Source: Microcaecilia unicolor
Taxonomy: Eukaryota
NCBI RefSeq assembly: GCF_901765095.1
Contig: NC_044034.1
Location: 62,434,339 to 62,498,338, forward strand
DNA: 64,000 nt
Direction of reading: 5' to 3'
Part shown: one piece after another, positions 24,747 to 35,300 of the stretch
How the letters are laid out: every line of letters begins with the position of its first letter
Position numbering within the stretch: position 1 is the stretch's first letter
Notes under the pieces: generated by a model
What the model was told of the DNA's origin: nothing
The model's input: the letters and a program-made list of their open reading frames with translations, nothing else
The model's database searches: none
Position numbers and translations under genes: made by a program

Positions 24747-26591
24747 GTACTGCTTCGGTACATCCCACCAGTCTATGGATTGATCAGCTTGATGATATGG
24801 AAGGTAAAATTATGTATAATCATACCTGATAATTTTCTTTCCATTAATCATAGCTGATCAATCCATAGCCCCTCCCAGATATCTGTACTGTTTATATTCT
24901 GGTTGAATTTTAGGTTCAAGTTTAGCCTTCAGTTACTTCAGGAGGACTTCGTGTTCAAGTTCTTCTTTCACTTGGATTCTTCAAGAGTTGAGACGACTTT
25001 GTGTTACAGTGAGCTGCTGCATTCCTCTCCCCTCCGTTTTACGGGGCTGGATTGAGACATAAATTCTGCCGGCACTCCCTCCCGCTTCGTGCGGCTGTAG
25101 GGCAGCTTTGTACCCCTCCCGCTTCGGCGGTGTTAGGGTCAGTCAGCTCCTCCCGCGGTTGCGGTTGCAGGATAAGCCAGATCCCCCCGCATCGGCGGGT
25201 GTGGTGTCCCTCTCCCGCTCCGCGGGGATGAGCTGGACGGATTCCCCTCCCCCACTTGTGTGGGGATGAGCTGGGTTAATTCCCCTCCCCCGTTTCGGCG
25301 GTGGTGAGCTGGGCAGAGTGTCCCTTCGTGGGTGTAATTCTCTAAGTGCTGAGTCCTGCGGATGGAGCTTTGATATCGACATACTGAGGAGTTTCCGGCA
25401 GCACATGACCACATATAGGGAGGCAAAAGTTTGCTCTCTATCTCCACCTGCTGGTAGATGGACACAACCCACCAGTCTATGGATTGATCAGCTATGATTA
25501 ATGGAAAGAAAATTATCAGGTATGATTATACATAATTTTACCATAAGGATAAGAGCAGTCCGCTCATACATAACGTGGTGCATAGTTGTAAACACCAGTA
25601 TAAAGCTCATGTATCCACCTGATCAGCGCTGTAACATTGTAAAGACGTAAATCTGGTAGATGAGGCCCTCCCCCCGTGACTGGGAGTGAATGAATTTAGT
25701 GTAGCTAATCTGTGCCCTACATCTGGCCCAGAGAAATGATCCTACAGTCCCTTTATATAATGCTTCCTCCTTTATAGCAATCAAGGAGGGGCAACATCTG
25801 TAAAGGGTACAGTATTTTGGGGGGCATGACCATTTTTTCCAGCACCACTCTGCCCAATAATTGCTTATATGTGCTTTTATAGAATAGGCTCACAGACCGT
25901 GTTCTTTATGCGCCCATCTTGTAGCTAGGACTGGCACGCCCTTAGCCAACTTTTTGCACTGGCACCGATGCCCCCTTCACTCCACTACAGCCTGTAATCC
26001 AGTATCTCCCTTTGTCGCTCAAGCCCTGCCCCCCTTCCCCCCACTGGACCAGGTGAGGCACTGGCTCAAGATGCTGGTGATAAAGGGCACCAGAATCCCA
26101 ATTAGACATCTACCCCTCTAGGAGTTTGAAGGTAGGCCTTTATCTTCAGTGCCCTGAGCCAGTGCCTCACCTGGTCCATAGGTTGAGCTGGCCCTGCTTG
26201 TAGCACCCAATTATAGAATTGTCCCCTTTAATGTATGACATCTGATACAGGTGGGAAGTCTAAACATAGCTAATGTTGAGTCCTTCCAAAGCAAGACATT
26301 TTTTTTCTGTGTGGAATAAAGTTGTTGTTGTTTTTTTTTTTTTTTAATCTGCCAACTTTGCTCCTTTTTTGATCGTCGGCTATTTGACTATGAAGGCTTT
26401 TCCTCTTCTTTTTTTTGTGATTAATACTACAATTGAATTCCTTCAAAAAGGCAGTAAATAAATCCTAAATAATAAATTACAGTGTGCTGTGTCTCAGAAA
26501 ATGCTCATGATCTCTGTCCCTAAGTACAGTTATTGCCGGCAGTTAAACATTTAGAGAAGTATAATGATTGCAGTTATTTTATATTTTCCAG

Positions 26592-26787
26592 TGCTCTCAC
26601 ATCATTGTGGATAATATTGATGCATTAAGTTCTTATAAGCTGAAAACCATTCAGAAGTATCAAATCCCCGTTTTACTCAGTGACTTCATCCAGAATTGTG
26701 TTGAAGAAAGGCGGCTCCTACAAGCTGATGATTACGTTGCTAAAAAATCAGTTCAGATAGATCCAAAGAAAGGGACAGAAAGTCAAG
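26592..26787 (+). CDS. PARP4: PARP4 second coding exon (C-terminal half of the BRCT domain): CSHIIVDNIDALSSYKLKTIQKYQIPVLLSDFIQNCVEERRLLQADDYVAKKSVQIDPKKGTESQ
   Basis: Human PARP4 continues CTHIILDNADVLSQYQLNSIQKNHVHIANPDFIWKSIREKRLLDVKNYDPYKP. The acceptor is ttttatattttccag|TGC and the donor is CAAG|gtaaag. Phase 0 matches the end of the exon at 17204..17336. Confidence 0.8.
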
Positions 26788-28189
26788 GTAAAGGTATTTG
26801 GTACTCTTCTCAGCTAAGATATTTCAGTAATGCTAACTTTTTAGAAAATCAGTTAATAAATCAAAAGAGATGAATGATTGGCATTTATGATGTCAAAATA
26901 TGTCTTTATTGAAAATGATTTATGGAGTTCATTTTGGAATTAAATCATCATATTTTGAAAATCCAGGGCGGCTGACCACATAACTTGTCTGAATATCTTG
27001 ATGGCTGGTTAAAAGTAATGTGGTTAAGGTTGGGAGGGATTGGGTATGTTCCATGGTGGGGCTAAAAGATGAGCAGATAGTGCCAATATTCAGCACAATC
27101 CACTTTATTCCCTTAAGCAAGACTACATAAACAGCTGTCCTAAACCTAGTAGAAAGCTTATTTTTATTTTTAATTTATTTCAGCATTTGTATCCCACATT
27201 TCTAGTCAGGTTGATGATTCAGTGTGACTTACAGTTTAGTAAAGTTACAGGTGTAGCATTATCAATGTGGTTTACAGTTTGACATAGTTAGATATTTAGC
27301 ATTATTATATGTAGCATTATCATTAGTATATGGCATGTGTCATTTTTTTTCTGCTTAAGGTTTTTCTGATTAAGGTTAGGACTACATATTAGCAGGTAAA
27401 TCAGCTGAAAAATAACCAAATAAGCAATCTTGTTAATTTTTAGATGGATGTGTTAACTGTATGTCAACCCCATATTTAAAAGACATATGAAAATGATTTG
27501 AATCATAAATCTACAAAGATCAATATTTGTATTGATCAAATATGTGAACACTATAGTGTATGTATTTTATGTTTAGAGTATATTTCATAGAAAGGTAACC
27601 TACAAATGTGGATAAATACATTTATATAAGAAGATACTACATATGTATGACTATAATTTCTTATAATGTCATATATATATATATATATATATATAGTGAA
27701 TCTTTCTATAATAAATTGACTTTTGAGGACAGGTTATATTTATGCTTTGGAGGAGTGTGAGGGGAACCAGCCGAGACCTAAGCAGCCACAAAGGATTGGT
27801 CCCGTGGTAAAAGGCAGTGCACATCACAGTAAGTTCATGGCAGTTTAATATGTACTAGCCTCATAATACACAGGTTAAATATATACAGGTACAATGAGTA
27901 AATTTCCTCACTTGTCCCTTTGCAGTAGCCTGTAGGTAGGCATAGTACATAAAGCATAATCCATAGGCAGGAGCACTGACAAGGAATCAAAGGATACATG
28001 ATATTTGGCCAGCTGGAATGGAGATTTAAACTGGGAACACAAGAGTATGAGCGCAGGCATAGAAAACAGGGATCCTAGCCAGCTGGAAATCAGGAGATGG
28101 GCAAGGATCAAGAAGGTACCACAGATAATGATCTAGTGCTGATGTAGCCTAGGAGCAGGGCATATAAACCTCTACTGTCTGGTCTGTGC

Positions 28190-29817
28190 TAGAGATTTGG
28201 CACGGGGACAGAAATCTTACCCATCCTTGCTCGAATTTAACCCGTTTCCACCCTGCCCGCAAGAATTTAACCTGTCCGCACTCAGTCCTGCAAGAATTTA
28301 ATGGTACATAAAAAAAAAAAAATTCTGGTCTGTCTCTCTCTGGGTTTGAGCTACAGCACTGCAGGCAAGGAAGGAACAGAAGTTGGAACACTCTGATGCA
28401 CACATATAAAACTTATCTCTGATTCACTAGCACTGGCTGTGAGGTCGCCACATGCACATGCCAGTAGGTCAGGTGACATCTGATGCTTGTGCCTGTGTCA
28501 GAGCTGAGGTCCATGCATCAGCCTGGGAGTAGAGAGGATTAATAGTAACATAGTAAGTGACATCAGAAAAAGACCTGAAAGGTCCATCCAGTGTGCCCAA
28601 TTGTCACACTCATTATCAATTCATGATACAATGAACATGATATTATATACTTGGTTATTGTCTTTCTTTGGCTTTTATGGGATATAGACCATAGAAGTCC
28701 GCCCAGCCCTATTTTTATGTTCCAACTGCTGGAGTTACTGTCGAAGCCCACTCCAGGCTGTTTGTCTTCTCGTTTGCGGGACACAGACTGTAAAAGTCTG
28801 TCCAGCACTGTCCTCATGTTACATCCACTAAAATTGCTGTCTAAGCCCTTTCCAGCCCATCTTAAACCAGATTGCCATATATGAGACACAGATCATACAA
28901 GTCTGCCATGGTATCTGTCCTAGTTTATCACAGCCGGAGTTGCATCTAAGCGTCTCTCGACACGTCCACACACATGCAGCCATTTAAGTTTAGGTTTTTT
29001 ATAACTTCCATTTTCTAATTAGAGATTGTCACAAAATACGCAGCCACTTAGAGAGTCTATCCCCAGCACAGCGCAGCTCAGGTCAGCCTGTACCTGCCTC
29101 TTGTGCTCTACACTAGCACCCACTCCCACCGACTGAGTCGCAGCCGCCTCTGGGCAAGTCACAGTGGAACAATGAAGTAAAAAAAAGTGCAATCAGCAAA
29201 CAATAACAGGTAATTGAAATATGGATCAATTACAACATTAACTAGACATTTGTATACTTCCTAGAAAGTACCTGGGAAGATCAGGACGCAAAATTCACCG
29301 AGCCTCAACAAAAATATCTGTCTCTCTTTTCTTCTGGGCTGAAGCAACAGGCAGTACTACGGGGTAATTTTTCAAACTCTAGCCAGTCAGAGCCCAGTCA
29401 GCAAGTTTTAAAAGTATATTGCTGCTTGCTTCTTGCTTGTGTTAAAGAAAAAGAACATTCAGTTCCTTATAACAATTTTACAGCAAAGAAAGACCACCTG
29501 CTGGCCAAATAGGAGAAATACACTTCAGGAAAATATCTAGTACATTTTACAGGCTTAAAACATACTGTTTGTTCAAAGAGATTCTCTGTGTTCATCCCAT
29601 GCCTTTTTGAATTTCGTCACCATTTGTGTCTGTATCACCTTCTTAATGGAGACTTTCCGCATCTGTGCTGTTAAAGCAAGGAGGAAGAGATGGCACTCAA
29701 AGAACTTGGCACTCGGTGGGTGAGAGGCTGGTGCAAGTGCATTGTACACTTCCATGGGAACGCCGCAGGAACGCCCCGTGGGAACCCTGCAAACCCCGTT
29801 CCTGTGCAGGACTTTAG
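28190..29817 (+). mobile_element. Non-autonomous hAT-like DNA transposon, copy A (older). It has TIRs tagagatttggcacgg … cctgtgcaggactttag, subterminal ~22-bp repeats (…cccgcaagaatttaacc…), and an internal captured CR1 3' fragment on the minus strand (~28543..29700).
   Basis: The full length is homologous to copy B at 35031..36358, which has clean TIRs and a TSD. Minus ORF 29573..29887 ends '…VTKFKKAWDEHRESL', the CR1 ORF2 C-terminus. The copy A TSD is degenerate (gtctgtgc / tctgggcc). Confidence 0.6.
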
Positions 29818-29919
29818 TCTGGGCCCTGCCAAGAACAGGCAAGACAGACAGAACCAGAAACAGGAGGACCATCCTACAAAGAAACACAAGGCATGGGGAA
29901 TATGGCTCCTCCTATAGAT

Positions 29920-29951
<32 letters not shown>

Positions 29952-31554
29952 CTCATGCCCAGTGCAGCAGTGGCTCAGACAAGGAGCTGCAGTTTGGAAT
30001 AATACTTACAGCAGTATCACAGACCCTAATCTGATTTTCAGTTTTGCCTTTATTTTGTTACCGCTGTCATCTGTTTATCTCTTCCTTTTTAAAGTTCCAT
30101 TACCATAATGTACACATTCAGATTTTGCTTCTGTTTTATATTTATGCTTTGGAGGGGATTATGGAGATAATTTCAGGAACTAAGTGTTTGGTTTTGTGGC
30201 TCAGTGCAGAATTGTGTGGTGGTTTGGGTTTGGTTGCAAGATACGGTTTCTGCTTTCTTGACCATCTAGGGATTAAAGATGTCTCCATAGCTTAACAGTG
30301 ACATTTGCTAACCACATTTTGAGTATTTACGTTTCAAATTCATATAAGAGCTGTGGTCTCTGACTCTTAATCAAGGACTGTCACTGAAATGGCTAGCCTG
30401 GGTGGTGGGTTATAAAATGATGGGCGGGGGACGCCCCTGGGTCACTGTAAATGAAGGTTCATGGAACCATGGTCTAGTAGAGGCAGATTTGATTAAGCTG
30501 GCTCCCCAGAAAATGAGAGACTGTCGGAGAGAGAGAGGATCTAGGAATTTTAACCTGTGACCTATCTGTTCCAAAACAAGATATTCTCTGCCTTTTGAGC
30601 TTCTATAATCCATTCCTGCTTAGATTTTCACAATACCCAGACTGAACATAGATGAAATAATCTTCTGATGTCACATTTAAATCAGAATGTAATTGAATGA
30701 AATTTGCTTTAGTTAATCTGGATATCCAGGCCAGTATCTGCCCCCAAACAACCTGATTTGCTGACTGTAAAGGTAAGTTTGAGATAACCTTTCAATTATG
30801 TAAGAAAATGTAGTGACTCTTCTGTGTAGAGAAAAGTAAAGCCACTGCTGTGCCTTCTGACAAGGATATTCTATGTTATTAACAGGAAGGTGAAGAGAAT
30901 ATGCAGGTTCAACTTATTTTGTAGGTCTCAGCATAGTTTATTAATCTTTAAATCTCTGTAAATTTCTTGTAGACCAAGAAAAGAGCCAGGTTTTTGAGAC
31001 TCCTAAAGACTGGAAAGAAAAAGACACTGACAGCAACAGGTATTGTTCTGTGTCAATAGTAAAATAAGTGACTCTTAGAGGGGCATAATTGAATGCAAAC
31101 GCCCATGTGTAAAAACATCCATCACCGAGAATGGGTCCATGAAGGGGCGGGCCGAACCGTATTTTCGAAAAAGATGGACGTTTATCTTTAGTTTCGAAAA
31201 TATGGCTTGTGCCGGCCAAATGCATTGGATGTGGGTGTTTTTTGAGCTGGGCGTTTTCGTTTTTCAGCGATAATCGAAACCGCTGCCGGCCATCTCAAAA
31301 ATGGACCAAATCCAAGACATTTGGTCGTGGGAGAGGCCAGCATTCGTGGTGCACTGGTCCCCCTGAGATGCCTCTATGCCAGCCTCAAATATCATACCTA
31401 GCTCCATGACAGCAGCATGCAGGTCCCCGGAGCAATTTTAGTTTAGTTGGTGCTGTGCGGGACCCATGCAGAGAGCAAAAATCTGAAGAAAAAAAAAACA
31501 TGCAAGTGCAGTCAGGGACGTCCAAATTAAAACAATAGTAATAGGGGGATTCAA

Positions 31555-31620
31555 ACCAGCCACCCTCTGATTACAAGACCTGTGCTCTAACCACTGCACC
31601 ACTTATTCAGTTGTTTAAAC
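31555..31620 (-). mobile_element. tRNA-derived SINE head (A-box tggtgcagtggttagagcac, B-box ggtttgaatcc) inside a composite repeat at ~31130..31640
   Basis: The reverse complement reads gtggtgcagtggttagagcacaggtcttgtaatcagagggtggctggtttgaatccccc. The acceptor stem is not intact, so this is a SINE-like sequence rather than a tRNA gene. Confidence 0.4.
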
Positions 31621-32398
31621 TCCCTTCCCTTTCCATTAAGTCCCTCCAAGTTTCTGTCAGCCAATCACAGCTCATTTAGTTGGAAGTTGAGTGGGGACAA
31701 GAGTGTGAGGTTGAAAAGGGCTATAAATGTGAAATAGATGGAAGGATCAAAAATCTATTGATCTTTAAAGTTTGTCAGGATCCTTTCTACTTTCCTGGTT
31801 ATCTTCAGAGTCTGTTGAGATGATATTTGTGTTCAAGAAATGCAAGTTTACTACTTTTCCTTTCTTTGTCATGTAAAGTTATCATTGACCTGCATTGAGC
31901 TGAATGTAATTTGTTGCAATTTAGGAGGCTGCTGTAGACTTCTTTATTGAAACTTTCCATTAGGTCTTTTTATTGGAAGAAGCTGGCTGCATATTTTTAT
32001 CCTGTCAGTGTTTTGTAATGTTTTATTTATCTATTTTATCTGATTACTTATGTTTTGGTTGTTTGCTGCATAGCATGGTCTTGATCAGTTCTGCAGGGTA
32101 TAAATGTGTTGTGAATAATTAAATATCTTGTTTAGTATAAGAAGAATGTATTTCTATATCTTTTTCCAGTATTGCACTCTAATTTATACAAAGGTTGATT
32201 TAGTTCAGTTTTTATGTGCATACTTCTATTTCTAACTTGTTTATTTTTGGTGAGGGTTGGTGTGTGATTTGTGTATATGACTATGTTTAAAAATACTTTA
32301 AAAGGCTAGGTATACTGGGAGGAAGTGACGTCATGAGGCTGAATGGCCACTTAATCCTTTAGCTCCTGCGCTTCCCTACCTTTTATACAGCACCATTC

Positions 32399-35300
32399 GT
32401 GGTAATGTCCCTCTCCTTCATTTTGCAAAGGGCTGCAGAGACTTGGTGGGTGTTTCTCTACAAGATGAGTAAAAAATGTTTTGCGCCACTTCGGGAAAGC
32501 GAACGCCTTTCCACGAGGCAGATGGTGCGGGGCTTGTCTCGCCATGCTTCCCCTAAGCCGCGGAGATCGTCTGAGTCGGACTCGGCTTCTTCCCGTGAGG
32601 AGCAGAGCGACCCTGTTCCTAAGAAAACTCTCCCGCAGGACCTGACTAAGTGTCTTGAGGCGATCAGGGCTGAAATTCTGGCCTCAAAAGAAGAAATCCT
32701 GGAACATGTGGATGCGTGAAGCGTCGACCTGCGGGAGCTGGGGGGCAGGGTGGAAGCATTAGAAGAGCGGGCGGACGAGCAGACGGAGAAGAACGAGGCA
32801 GTGGATCTGCGTTTGGCCAAGTTGGATGAGCAGGCAGAGCAGCTTCAGTATAAGTTGGATGACCTCGAGAACTGGGGTCGCAGACAAAATCTTCGGTTTT
32901 GAGGTGTCCCAGAGAATGGGTGAGAGTTTCGCGGCTGGAGCCAGAGACAACAGACCAGGAGATACTGTTGTGAGATTCACTACTTATGCTTGTAAAGATC
33001 AGTTATGGCAAAAGGCTCGTCAGAATCCTGCTCTGCAGTATAATGGGGCACGTGTTTCGATATATCAAGATCTTTCCCTGTTTACCTTGAATCAGAGGCG
33101 AGCTATGAAACCAGTTCTTGAGATCCTGGCCAAAGAAAAAATAGCCTATCGATGGGCTTTCCCTTTTGCTGTGTGTTTTGAACTTAAAGGGGAGCAGTTT
33201 CGCTGCCGAAATGTGGGGGCTGCATGGAAGTGTCTGCATGAGGCTGGTTTGACCCTAACTGAGGCCCTGCCGGTGGGGTGGCCTCCTCTACGAAAGCCCG
33301 GCTTCAGAAGTGGAAAAGAGTGGCAAAGACAGCAAAGAAGCATGGGATTCAGACATGAGAAACTGTAGCCTGGACTGGTTTGGTTGCTGTTGGGATTGAT
33401 TTCTATTGACATAATGTGATTTCTGTAGGGAGATTGTTCTTGTGTGAGCTGACGTGTGTTTAGATTGGTGGAAGGTGAAGGGTGAATTATTGTTTGTGAT
33501 ATTTGCAGGTGGGGTAAGAGTGAGGGGTTGAGGGGTATTTTATTTGTTTTGGGGTTTTTTTTTCTTGTTTGGCCCGTGAGGTCTTTTTCCTTCTGCTTCC
33601 CATGTGGTGCTGTGTGGCACTGTTTGGTGGGTGGATGAGAGGGGGAAGGAATGTGGGAGTGTGTGAGGGGGAGAGGGAAGGGTTGGGGGGGGAGGATTGG
33701 GGTGCTTTGGGTTGGGGGATAGGAGGAGGTTGGGGGGGGGAAGTTTGGGTTCTTGGGGATTAGGGGACTGTAGGCTGCTTTCACCAATCGTGTTCTGGAC
33801 AGAGAATGTCGGATGGCAGACTTTAAGGTTTTCATTTATAATCTAAAGGGTCTGAATTCTCCATACAAAAGGCATTCTTTACTGCGTGAGTTATGTTTGA
33901 TGCCTCCACATGTGGTTTTCCTGCAGGAAACTGATTTTTTAAAGAAACATGAGGGTTTATTATCTTCTTCGCAGTACCCGACTGTGTATTATGCTTCTGA
34001 TGCAAAGGGAGCTAAGAAAAGAGGGGTGGCTATTATGTTTCATAAGGATGTGCAGGTACAACTTGTGCATTTAAAGAGAGACACTGAGGGTCGCTATCTT
34101 TTTCTGCACGTTATGTTGGGGCAGGAGGAGTACACTTTGGCTAGTGTTTACGCCCCAAATGAGCGGCAAGAGAGTTTTTTTGTGCGCCTCCAGAAGGAGT
34201 TGTAGAATTTTGCTTGGGATAAAGTGCTGGTGGCAGGAGATTTTAATGCTACTATGCAGCCCGGGACGGACAGATCTGCTCCTCCTGCTTCGACTGACTA
34301 TAGAATTTCTAAGGCTTTGAGGAATTTTGTAGATGCTATGGGTCTTTATGATGTGTGGAGACTGGGACACCCTAGAGGGTGGGACTATACCTTTTATTTT
34401 CCTGTGCATCTCTCTTATTCCAGATTAGACTGTTTGTTTTTTTTTTTTTTTTCCATAAAACCTTGTCAGAGGAGGGGGGGTGACTCTTACATAGGTCATA
34501 TTACTATCTCAGACCATGCTTCGGTCAGGGCAGTTATTCCTTCTTTGAAGATGGACATTCAATAACTGTTTGTTACAGGACCCGGATATTGTTGCTAATT
34601 TTCTTCCTGTCTTAAAAGACTATTTTGCTATTAATATGGAGTCGGGACCGACATTGGGTACAGTGTGGGATGCCTTTAAGACAGTATCGAGAGGTTATTT
34701 TATTAAGTGTGGTAGTCCGCGGTTCAGGGTTCATAAAGTGCTTTGGAGGACAGGTACAGGGCCTCAGGCTCTGTGTCTGACTTTCGGAAGCTTCAAGCGG
34801 TACGATTGAAGCTGGCTGCGTTGCATGATGAGAGTTTGCAATTTGTGCATGCACGTTTAAAACAAGTTCATTACGAATGTACTAATAAACCTGGGTGGTT
34901 GTTGGCTACAAAATTAAGAAAGATGAGAGCAGGTAGGCATATTTTGAGAGTGCGGGATGAAAATGGAGCTATGGTACATACTTCGGCTCGGATTCGGGAA
35001 CGTTTTGCCCAATTTTATGAGACTCTGTATTAGAGAGTTGCACGGGGACAGAAATCCTACCCATCCCCGCCCGTCCCTGCTGGAATCTTACCCGTCCCCA
35101 CCCATCCCCGCTGGAATCTTACCCATCCCCACCCATCCCCGCAAAAATTTAAACCATCCCAACCCGTCCCCACCCGTCCCCGCAAGAATTTAACCCATCC
35201 CCACCCATCCCTGTAAGAATGTAACCCATCCCCGTAAGAATTTAATAGTACATAAAAGAAAGTTCCAGTCAGCTCCCTTTCTGGATTTGAGCCACAGCAC

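Larger units (their letters stand above)
19685..25541 (+). mobile_element. DIRS-like tyrosine-recombinase retrotransposon, complete in structure: left ITR, gag-like ORF, RT/RNase H, DIRS-specific domain, tyrosine recombinase, internal complementary region, right ITR
   Basis: The left ITR (19685..~19900) is the inverted complement of the right ITR (~25140..25541). The ICR at 24761..24866 equals revcomp(left end 19685..19726) followed by revcomp(right end 25475..25541). That arrangement is diagnostic of DIRS. Confidence 0.9.

Noticed and set aside
31555-31620. Possible genuine tRNA gene
   Set aside because: A-box and B-box-like segments are present, but no acceptor stem can be paired and the anticodon stem is not complementary. 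I treat it as a SINE head, not a tRNA gene.
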